From the NCBI GenBank assembly GCA_043228905.1, contig JBHGNT010000020.1:5890001-5954000 (forward strand): a DNA stretch of 64,000 bases, read 5' to 3'. Under the pieces are notes generated by a model that was not told the origin of the DNA, made no database searches, and saw only the letters and a list, made by a program, of their open reading frames with translations. Below, piece after piece: positions 49,787 to 61,400 of this stretch; the stretch's first letter is position 1, and each line of letters starts with the position of its first letter. Position numbers and translations under genes: made by a program. This DNA comes from Azolla caroliniana. Lineage: Eukaryota; Plantae; Polypodiophyta.

Positions 49787-52291
49787 TGTTGAGCGAGCAA
49801 GCTCAACTTAGGTTTGGATCGGGTGAAGAAGCCGAGGCGGATTGGGAACCGGTTCAGATGGAAACCGATCGGTTAGGCTCGATTGGTAGGAGCTGGAAGG
49901 CCGTTAGGACCAATATCCCTCGTAGGAATATTTTAGAGGACTTCTCAGTAGCTCAATTATGAGCATTGAAGTACTTGTTAGTCCTTTTGAGGACTTGTAT
50001 AAATAGTGCTCACTGAGCACATTGCATATACACAGAGTATTTTTGCCAATAGAAGTTGTTGTTGTTTGCTCTTACTGTGTCTTTCTCTCTCACACTGTGT
50101 ATCTCCATTCTTTGCGTATACCTAACTATTGCTTTCTAGATAATCTATTGTACTCTGTGTCATGCACAATGTTTCCACACGTAATCTTTTACATGGTATC
50201 AGAGCACAAGGGTTATAAGAATCCTCTATTGCCGACAAAGCGAACAAGATAGAGACAAGCTTTGGTCTTCCAGAGAAGAAAAGACAGGAACTTGGACAGA
50301 GGTTTGGGAAGCTCACTTCAGACAGAAAAGCTCGATAGGATCAACTACGCATCTTGGTCATACAAGATGCACCAGTACCTACTTGGTCACGAATACTGGA
50401 GTTACGTTGAAGGAGCTAATGATGCATCACCGGATGCAACACACAGGGACTTTCCGGCTTGGGAACAGGCGGCAAGCAGAGCAATGTACTACTTCGCGTA
50501 CAGTGTTGGAGATAAGCTACTTAGCTACATCCGGGATGCCAAGACGCCAAAAGATGTGTGGGCGAATCTCAAAAGGATTTTCACTGCTAGGAAGTTGTAG
50601 TTGAGGTAGGAGCTCAACGATGTCAGATAGAAAGATCTGTTTGTGGCCGATCACACAACCCAGATCAAGGAGATCTGCAACTCTCCGCCTCCATCAACAT
50701 GACCGTCGAGGAGGACGAAATGGTGTAGGTTTGCCTCGAGGGCTTGCATCTAGATTCGGATCATTCTGAACGACGGTCAGTATGGTGGAGAATATGCATT
50801 CATTTTTCGAGCTACAATCGATGTTGCTTGTTGAAGAAAACCACATGGGTGCATCGAGGAGCACGCATGTCGACAACAAGATGTTGTACACGGAGGCGGA
50901 TCAACACGCAATGGAAGCGGCCGACAAGAGTAGAATCAGAGGCATAATAGAAATGCTGACAACAGTTTCAAACCCTCCATGAGCAGGGGAGTCAAGGCGG
51001 TGCTAGAAGCTGACAAGGAAAGGCCATGACGAAATGCTGGTACTATGGCCGGAAGGGCCATAGAGGGAGCCAGTGCTAGAAAAAGCGCTTCGATTCGGAT
51101 AGAACTAGATCGAACTGAGGTGATGCAGATAGGCATCACCGATCACACTTCGCCGAAGGCCCAAGGCGAGTCAAAACAAGTTCAACAGTTGTGATGAAGC
51201 ACAAGGCAAACCAGATGGGAGTACGTACCACAAAACCGGAAGAGGTCTAGTACGTTGATTCTAGAGCGTCAAATCATATGACGAACCATGTTGAATGGTT
51301 CTCAAGCTTGGAAAAACCGGAAAACCCGGGAGTTGTCGAGACTGGTGAGAACATCGTGCACCCCATCACACTTCGCCGAAGGCCCAAGGCGAGCCGAAAC
51401 AAGTCCAATAGTTGTGACGAAGCACACGGCAAACAAGATGGGAGTATGTACCACAAAACCGGAAGAGGTCTAGTACGTTGATTCTAGAGTGTCAAATAAT
51501 ATGACGAACCATGTTGAAAGGTTCTCGAGCTTGGAAAAACCAGAACAGTCGGGAGTTGTCGAGACTGGTGAGAACACCGTGCACCCCATCAAACATGTGG
51601 GTGATGTCCCGCTCAACCATGTCGGACAAAAAGGCCTAATGCAGAACGTGCTGCCTGTCTCGACAATTGTGAAGAACTTAGTATCTGTAGGACAAATTGT
51701 CGATCAAGGCATGCAGGTTCGATTTAATCACCATGGTTGCTTCATCGAGGACGAGGTCGGCTGATCGTGCGTGGGCGCAGAGATGAGAGGATTTTTAAAC
51801 CCTAAACCAATGATGTTGCCGCCACAATGTTTGCAAAAGGATAGAAGGTCGAATCCAACATCGACCTGTGGCACAAGCGGATCGGCCACATCACATTTAG
51901 AAAGCTTCAAGAATTGCACTCGAAACGAGTAGTTTCCGGATTGCTGAAATTCAACGGCCGGAAAGGTTGGACTAGTATGTGAAACTTGCTAGCTCGGGAA
52001 GCAACATAGGCTTTCATTCCCAAATGAGAAGAATCAGAGCTGGAATCAGCTCGATATAATCCACACGGATGTATGGGGACCGACAAGTTGTGTGAGCATT
52101 GGCGGGAGCCGATACTTCGTCTCCTTCATCGATACCTTTAGTTAGCACACTTGGGTGTACCTCGTCAAGAAGAAAAGTGAAGTCTTCTCCCTGTTTCTGG
52201 AACTTGAAAAGTCTAATTGAGAGGGAAATAGAGAGGAAGATCAAGAGTCTAAGGTTGGATGGCGGAAAAGAATACTTTTCCAATCAATTCA
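49787..52291 (+). mobile_element. Degenerate Ty1/copia F, 5' part
   Basis: LTR 49787-50193, PBS TGGTATCAGAGC at 50194-50205, gag QTEKLDRINYASWSYKM, integrase start (IHTDVWGP, RLDGGKEY); cut by element E. Confidence 0.88.
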
Positions 52292-54756
52292 TGTAATAAC
52301 CAAGATCATTAATCCTAAAATAAAGACATAAATGACACAATCATACTGAAAATATGCGTTACCACCCATCCGCCCCCGTGCTAGAGTTGACAACACAGAC
52401 GAGGAATCCCGATCTATCCCATACCAGCCAAGATCTCCACATCAGGACCTTGGTATATGACTAGTTCTCATCAAAGAGAGCTTCGTCGGAACCACTCATG
52501 GTGCTCCCCCTGACAAAGGAGAGTATCCCCTATTTATAGGACCTAGGCCATGTAATGACATCTACCTGACCAATCATGTGTGGGGTACCCAATGACACAC
52601 ATTAGGCCACTCCAATAAAGCCGACGGTCACTAAGATATTACAGTATGATAGCCCCCAAATAAGCACGTCTAAACCAATGAACATTACATACTCCCCCCC
52701 TGGTTTAATTGCACTCTTGCAATGAGAAGTTAGGAAAATGTTTGCGTAATGTCTCTTAGTTTCCCACGTACTGTCTTCTTCCAATCTATCCTTATACTTA
52801 ATCTTATAGCGATGAACAAGCTTTGACCTTAGGTTTCTAGACCTATGGTTAAGGATTTTCTCAGGTTCATGTGGAGCAAAATGATCATCCTCCAATGTTG
52901 ATAAATTAGACGGCGATACAACATTATCATCATAACCAATCGCCTCCTTTAATCGACTCACGTGGAATACGGGACGAACCATAAATTTGGAAGGCAAATC
53001 CAAATGATAAGCATTGGAACCTATACATTTTAAAACTTTATATGGTCCACAATACCATGGGGCTAATTTTGCACATCGTCTCAATGTTTCTGAGTCCTTA
53101 GGAACCCGTAGAAAAACCTGTTGTCCTACGTGAAATTCCCTTGGTTTCCTATCATGATTTGCATAAAAGACATTTTTGTCCCGTACCATCCTAAGGTTTT
53201 CTTTTGCTAATTTACGTGCTTCAAGCATATCAGAGATAAAATCCTTTGTACTATCCAAAGTATGTGAATCAAACGAAACATCAATAGGAAGACACGATGT
53301 ATAACCATACATAACATGAATAGACTATATTTTGTTGATGTATGCTTAACACTGTTGTAGACAAATTCCACCATAGGAAGATAAGTCTCCCATAATGAAG
53401 GTTTTTGCGCTACATATGCTCTCAACATATCCTCTAATATCTGATTCACTCTCTCAGTTTGCCCATCTGACTGAGGATGATCGGAAGAACTGAGACTCAA
53501 ACTTGTTTGCAGTTTCTACATAACTTCTGACCAAAATGTACTTGTAAACTTGGAGTCTCGATCACTTACAATTTCCATCGACATACCATATAAGTTATAA
53601 ATATGTTTAATAAACTTAATAGCCAATTTCTTTGTAGTAATTATGGATTTTGTTGGAATAAATCTTGCCATCTTGGTAAGCTGATCAACAACCACCCAAA
53701 TGGCATTATTTCCCTCAACAGAATGAGGTAATCCAACTATGAAATCCATGGATATACTTGGCCACTTTTTTGCTGGAATATTGAGAGGTTGCAATAAGCC
53801 AACTTTTTTCTGTCGCTCGGCCTTAATGACTTGACAATGTGGATAACGAATAACATAGGACTCTACCTCAAGTTTCATTTTTGGCTAGAAAAACCTAGCT
53901 TTAATCAAAGCCAATGTTCTTTGGTCACCTAGATGTCCAGCAGAAGGGGCATCATGACATTCATAAAGAATTTTATTCTTGATGTACTATTGCGGTAAAT
54001 TAATCCATTCGCAACATAGTAAAGGTTCTTAGGGGTAGATGTGGTTCCATAATCGACGTGAATACCTGTTTCAGCTCTCTTCTAGAACTTGGAAAATGTT
54101 CTGTCATCAAGGTATTTTTGTTTACCCCGGATCAAATCAAAGAAGTTGTTAAATTCTACGAAACTTAGGGCATTAATTTCTAGAGTATGACTCAGAGCAT
54201 CTGCAATGGAATTCAAAGCCCGTTTTTGATATCTAATTTCAAAATCGAAGTTTTGCATCAACTCCACCCATCTTGCCTTTCGACCCTCAAAATTCTTTTG
54301 AGAGAGGACGTATTGCAAGGATTTGTGGTCCGTTAAAACAGTAAATTTACTACCATACAAATAATGTCGCCATTTCTTTAAGGCATAAATGATAGAAAAT
54401 AATTCTTTTTCTTGACCCGAATAATTTCTTTGGGCCGAATCCAATTTTTTGCTTTCAAAAGTGTTGAGAATCAAGCTCAACTTGGTCTAGTGTGTGAACT
54501 CACCTTGAGAGTGAAGAGACACTCCAACGGTCAAGAGTCACCATTATGTCACCACTTTGTATTCTAGCATTTAGTATGAGTCATAGAATCATATTCTATG
54601 ACACATAACTTATGAGCTTTCACATTCCCCATGCTCCATGAGGCTTGTAGTTAATGAAGAGAGAGGGTGACTACATAAAGCACCCTCCTCCCACCTTGTA
54701 TAACGTCGAATCTTTCTCCTTTGTCAATATACTTTTACCTTGCGTATTCTCTGTGT

Positions 54757-54805
<49 letters not shown>

Positions 54806-56343
54806 ACACACACACATAACTCACATCTCTTCCGCTTCATAAGAATTCATCTCTTGATTCTTTACATGGTATTGGAGCGATTTGGTAGCTGGATCTAGCC
54901 CATTTGCCTCATCGTGATCGTGTGTTGTGCTCTACGCTGACGACCAAGAACCGGCTCATAGCTATTGTAGCTTCGCTACATAGCTCGCATTCAAAGAGAG
55001 AAGAAGAAGAAGAAGAATCGACATAATGAATACTCAAATGGGGAGCGCTCTCCCTACCGAGAAGTTGGATCGAAACAACTTCGCATCTTGGGAGTACAAG
55101 ATGCACCAATACCTTGTCGGACAAGGCTATTGGAGCTACATCAAAGGAGCGCATGAAGACCGACCCGCCGAAGCGGCTCCCGGATACGCGACATGGGAGC
55201 AAGCCGCAAGCCGCGTGATGTATTGTTTGGCGACATGTGTTCACGACCACATGCTCGGTTACATTCGAGAAGCCAAGACGCCAAAGGAAGCGTGGGAAAA
55301 TCTACGAAAGATTTTCGCCGCCAACACGACCGCGAGGAAGATTCAACTCCGCCAAGAGTTGAACAACATTCAACAAAGGGACATGTCTATCATGACATAC
55401 ACCTTGAAGATCAAGGAGCTTTGTGACTCGCTCGGCTCAATAAGCATAAGTATAGATGATGATGAAATGGTGCAAATATGCCTCGGCGGCCTCGCACGAC
55501 GGTTCGGCGCGATGCAAACCGCAGTTCTAGCACGAGAGAAATCTCCCTCCTTCTTCGAGCTCCAATCAATGCTATTGGTCAAAGAAAACCACGTGCGTAC
55601 AAGGAGTAGTGAGTCGGAAGGCCACATGCTCTACACACACTCTAATGGAGGAAGAGGACGCAGACGAGCGAGAGGCCGATTCGGCCAAGGACAAGGCGGA
55701 CGAGGTCCGACCTACGACAACAACTCCCAATTTCGGCCACAAAACGGAAGCCAACGAGGAACCTTCGCAAGAAGGGGGAGCTTCGACTCCGGCTCGAGCC
55801 GTCAAAACGCAACCGAATGTGGATACTGCAGAAAGCTCGGCCACCACGAAGAAGAGTGCCGAAAGAAGATGCGTGAATCGGCTTCCACAAGCCGAAAACT
55901 CACGAATTACGCACACAACTCCGACTACGAAGATTGTGGCGGAATGTATGCGCACAACTCCGACCGTGGCGGAATGTTCATGATGAAACATAGAGCAAAC
56001 TCTATGTCGGCCGCTACCTCAACTAGTGCCTCCGGTTCGGAAGACACATGGTTCGTCGATTCCGGTGCCTCGAACCATATGACATCGCATCAAGAATGGT
56101 TCCGAGAACTTTGAGAGCCGGACCGACCCAGCTATGTCGAAACCGGAGACAACACTACGCACCCGATTCGGCACATTGGCAATGTTCCATTTGGAAAAGA
56201 AAGTAAGCAAAATTACATTAAAAATGTCTTGCATGTACTGACCATTACGAAGAATTTGGTCTCTGTCGGCCAAATTGTAGAGCAAGGGATGCAAGTTCGA
56301 TTTAATCAAGGTGGTTGCTTCATCGAAAAAGAGGGCCGACTCA

Positions 56344-57310
56344 TCGCACGCGGATGAAGAGAGGGCCGGATGTTCATTCTCAATTCACGCGAGATGAAAT
56401 CCACCATGTTCGCGAAAAACACGAAAGCCGACTCCGACATAGAGCTATGGCACAAGCGAATCGGCCACATCAATCTCAACAAACTCAAAGCAATGAAATC
56501 GAAAGGAGTCGTCATCGGACTCCAGGCATTCAAAGAGAAGGAGATTGAAGGTGTATGCGAAGCGTGCCAATTCGGCAAGCATGCGGTCGCACGCGGACGA
56601 AGAGAGGGCCGGATGTTCATTCTCAATTCACGCGAGATGAAATCCACCATGTTCGCGAAAAACACGAAAGCCGACTCCGACATAGAGCTATGGCACAAGC
56701 GAATCGGCCACATCAATCTCAACAAACTCAAAGCAATGAAATCGAAAGGAGTCGTCATCGGACTCCAGGCATTCAAAGAGAAGGAGATTGAAGGTGTATG
56801 CGAAGCGTGCCAATTCGGCAAGCATGCGGTCGCACGCAGACGAAGAGAGGGCCGGATGTTCATTCTCAATTCACGCGAGATGAAATCCACCATGTTCGCG
56901 AAAAACACGAAAGCCGACTCCGACATAGAGCTATGGCACAAGCGAATCGGCCACATCAATCTCAACAAACTCAAAGCAATGAAATCGAAAGGAGTCGTCA
57001 TCGGACTCCAGGCATTCAAAGAGAAGGAGATTGAAGGTGTATGCGAAGCGTGCCAATTCGGCAAGCATGCGGTCGCACGCAGACGAAGAGAGGGCCGGAT
57101 GTTCATTCTCAATTCACGCGAGATGAAATCCACCATGTTCGCGAAAAACACGAAAGCCGACTCCGACATAGAGCTATGGCACAAGCGAATCGGCCACATC
57201 AATCTCAACAAACTCAAAGCAATGAAATCGAAAGGAGTCGTCATCGGACTCCAGGCATTCAAAGAGAAGGAGATTGAAGGTGTATGCGAAGCGTGCCAAT
57301 TCGGCAAGCA
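56344..57310 (+). repeat. Four in-frame 243-bp tandem copies of the GAG-pre-integrase region
   Basis: Units start at 56344, 56587, 56830 and 57073; junction filler TGCGG; the 81-aa repeat is visible in ORF 56370-57644. Confidence 0.97.
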
Positions 57311-59592
57311 ACACCGACACCCATTCCCGAAAGAGCAGAACGTGAGCAAAGGTCTACTCGACGTAGTCCATTCCAACGTATGGGGATCGGCGCAGACGGC
57401 TATATTCGGCGGATGTCGATATTACGTGCTCTTCATCGACGACTTCTCTAGGCACACTTGGATCTACCCGATGCGGCAAAAGAGCGAAGTGTTCGGACAC
57501 TTCCAAAATTTCAAGAATGAAGTCGAGAAAGCCACGGGCCGACATGTACGATGCCTTCGATCGGATGGCGGCAAGGAGTACTTCTCGGATGATTTCACAA
57601 CGTATCTCCGAAAGGAAGGAATTCAGCGAGAATTCACTTGCTGACACACTCCGCAACAAAACGGAGTAGTCGAGCACAAAAATCGGCACATCCTCGAAGT
57701 AGCGTGGGCCATGATGAACGAGAAGCATATGCCCAAGTCATATTGGGCTGAAGCTGCAAATACGGCCGTCTACCTAATGAACCGGTGCACAACATCCGGC
57801 GTGCACGAGGTCACTCCGCACGAAAAATACTTCGGAAAGAAGCCGGACTTATCGCACATCCGGATATTCGGCGCGATAGCGTACGTGCACATCCCTGACG
57901 AGAAGCGTCAAAAGCTTGACCCGAAGTCGGAGAAATGTATCCTCGTAGGATACTCACTCGAACAAAAGGGGTACAAGTGCTACAACCCCTCAACTCGAAA
58001 ATCTCGAGTAAGTCGAGATGTCGTTTTTGACGAGTCCGCATCCTGGTACGCACCAGAGACAACTTCGCCTCCGACTCCGCTCAACCCGGAATCTGCCGAA
58101 CAAGAGATCGAGGATGAAGATCGCCCTATGCGCATGATCGAAGAAAGTCCGATCACGACCCGACTGAGCGGACCACAAGAGCCTTTGAGCGATCAAAGCA
58201 CATCATGGCCTAGCCCGAAGATGGACAAAGGCAAGGCGAAAATGGCGGAATATGAAGACGATCGCTTCAACGATGATGAATCGACTCACTCACTCGACAG
58301 TGAGTTTGGCGGTTTCGAGGTACCAATCGGAGCCAAGAAAGCCCTCATCTCTGCAAATGAAAAGCTCCGCCGATCCACTCGTGAAAAGAACCCCGTAAGC
58401 CGATTCGGCTACAACGATTATATGGCGTACCATTACGCCTTTATGATGAAGGTAGCGACAATACGGTAGCCGGAAACTTTTCGGAAGCCGCGAAGGACCC
58501 GCGATGGATCGAAGCAATGAAGGAGGAGATGCAGGCACTACGGAAGAACGAGACGTGGGATCTCGTTCCCACCTCACCACACAAAAAGGTGATTGGATGC
58601 AGATGGATCTACCAGGTGAAGTATAACGTTGATGGCTCCGTAAACCGCTACAAAGCTCGACTCGTAGCGAAAGGATACGCTCAGACACATGGCGTCGACT
58701 ACGAAGAGACCTTTGCCCCAGTGGCAAAGATGACGACGGTGTGCACTATAATTGTGATTGCCGCGGCGAAAGGGTGGCACCTCCATCAAATGGACGTCAA
58801 GAACTCCTTTCTACAAGGCGAATTAGAAGAGGAGGTGTACATGATCCAACCACCCGGCTTCAACTCGAGCACTCATCCAAAAGCCGTATACCGACTCAAG
58901 AAGCCACTCTACGGCCTCAAGCAAGCACCGCGTGCTTGACATTCGAAGATAACGCAATATCTTCATCAAATCGGCTTCCGTATGTCAAAATCGGACAACT
59001 CCCTCTACATACGAAGCGATTCCGCAAGTCCGATCGTCATCATCTTATATGTGGATGACCTAGTCATTGGAGGTGAGCATCTCGTCGAAATCACTAAGGT
59101 CAAATCCTTCCTTTCTGACAAGTTCGAGATGATGGACATGAAGGAGCTCCACTACTTCCTCGGCATCGAGGTAATTCGGACTCCGGCCGGAATCATGATC
59201 TCTCAACGGCACTACATCCTCAACTTGTTATACAAGTTCGGGATGGCTGAGTGCAAATCCGTGGCAACCCCGCTCGATCGTAATCTCAAACTAGATGCGA
59301 ACTCCGGCACCAAAGCGTGTGAGCCGACTCAGTATCGGCAACTCATCGGGAGTCTCATCTACCTCACGATCACACGACCCGATCTTAGTTATCCGGTTGG
59401 TCTCCTTAGCCAATTCATGCAAACACCGCGTGATACTCACTTGGACTGCGCTAAGCGAGTTCTACGCTACGTGAGCGGCACAATGGATTGCGGCATCCTC
59501 TACAAGACCGCGATGCCAATACGACTCGAGGGGTACACAGACGCCGATTGGGCCGACTACAAAGCTGATAGAAGATCAACCTCCGGATTTGT

Positions 59593-60035
59593 TGTTATTG
59601 CTAGGGCCGGACAACAACCTAACATAGGGTGTCCACTTAAGACACGTCACCAAAGGGTGGTACGATAGAATGACTTACGACATAACGCTTAATTAGACCT
59701 CAATCGATTACATAACCATCCATAATTAACACGCGTAAGATATAACTATGAATACAGAATGGTAATCAACACTGGAAGATTAAGACAATAAGCTTTATTA
59801 ATTATCCGTCACTGATTACATTGTAACCGGGCCTTTATATAGGTCTCCGGTGCGAAATACAAAACGGTGCCAACTAGCACCTTTACGGGATCGTTCCGGA
59901 TCCGGATCGGCATACTGATTCCGGTCCGTCCGTCCACATCTTCTTAGATAATAATATATATATATTATGACTACTAATTACAACAGTTCCCGAATAACTA
60001 TTCCTTTCACACTCTGGTTTTGACCTCCTTAAGCC
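59593..60035 (-). mobile_element. Foreign LTR fragment inserted in copia-D RNase H
   Basis: TGTTATT...AATAAC(T)A plus about 35 bp of PPT-like flank interrupts STSGFV|FSLGSGAISW; no TSD survives. Confidence 0.65.
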
Positions 60036-61020
60036 TTTCTCCCTCGGCAGCGGAGCAATATCCTGGAGTAGCAAGAAGCAACCTACCGTCGCTCTTTCGA
60101 GTACGGAGGCGGAATACAGGGGCGCAACCGTAGCTGTGTGTGAAGCCGTATGGCTCAAGAGGATTTTGAAGGATCTGGGCGTACCCATCAAGGATCCGAC
60201 TTCCCTTTACTGCGACAACATGAGCAGTATCTATCTGGCTTGGAACCCGGTGTTCCACCCACGGACAAAGCACATCGAAGTGCACTATCACTTCATCCGA
60301 GAGCGCGTTCTGGCTGGCGATGTCGACCTACAACACATTAGCACCAATCTTCAAATGGCCGACATCTTGACTAAAGCCTTAGGAGCCGACAAGCTATGGC
60401 AATTCATGACCGATCTCGGATTGACGATTCTTGACCTGCCAAGCTTGAGGGGGAGTACTAAAGACACTACGCAAGAACGTGTGGATTCCGCAACCACGCA
60501 ACGAAGCAGCGAAGAGCCGAGCTACTACGCAAAGCCGCGAAGAAAGACGCAAGCCGAAGCATAGACTTCACAACTACGCACGCAAGCCGAAGCACAAACT
60601 TCGCACAACGCAAGCTAGAGCACAGATTCCGCAACTCCGCATAAAGTGAGCCGACGCGGACTCCGAAACGCGAGTTAAAGCGGATTTCGGATACCGTATG
60701 AAACCGACCCGACTTTTGCTTTCAAAAGTGTTGAGAATCAAGCTCAACTTGGTCTAGTGTGTGAACTCACCTTGAGAGTGAAGAGACACTCCAACGGTCA
60801 AGAGTCACCATTATGTCACCACTTTGTATTCTAGCATTTAGTATGAGTCATAGAATCATATTCTATGACACATAACTTATGAGCTTTCACATTCCCCATG
60901 CTCCATGAGGCTTGTAGTTAATGAAGAGAGAGGGTGACTACATAAAGCACCCTTCTCCCACCTTGTATAATGTCGAGTCTTTCTCCTTTGTCAATATACT
61001 TTTACCTTGCGTATTCTTTG

Positions 61021-61055
<35 letters not shown>

Positions 61056-61400
61056 CACACACATAACTCACATCTCTTCCGCTTCACAAGAATCCATCTC
61101 TTGATTCTTTACAAAAAGCAATTGGTTTCCCAATTTGCAATAATGCAGCCCCAATAGCATAATCACTTGCATTCGTCTCAAACTTCAAATGTTTGATTAA
61201 GATCACGTATAGCTAAAGTAGGCACATTCACAATTAATGACTTCAACTTATTGAAGGTTTCTTCAAGAGAGGCATTCCACTCAATAGGTTTAGTGAACTT
61301 TCTTGTAATACCCTTCAATAGGTTCAGAAATGGTGCAATGTAGGATGAATAGTTTTGAAGACATCTTCTTAGGAATCCAACAAATCCTAAGAAAGATCGT

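Larger units (their letters stand above)
54462..61113 (+). mobile_element. Full-length but disabled Ty1/copia D
   Basis: LTRs 54462-54866 and 60729-61113, TSD AAAAG, PBS TGGTATTGGAGC, gag-PR-INT-RT-RH from 55026 to about 60560 with several stops and frameshifts. Confidence 0.95.
52292..61400 (-). mobile_element. Degenerate Ty3/gypsy chromovirus E, interrupted by copia D
   Basis: 3' LTR 52292-52689, PPT about 52692-52700, chromodomain (EPEKILNHR..YKIKYK..EDSTWE), GPY motif, integrase (HPQSDGQTERVN), RNase H (LTDHKSL); RT/RNase H continues at 61114-61400. Confidence 0.9.

Noticed and set aside
56306-57376. 356-aa repetitive minus-strand ORF
   Set aside because: Antisense shadow of the in-frame 243-bp tandem repeat.
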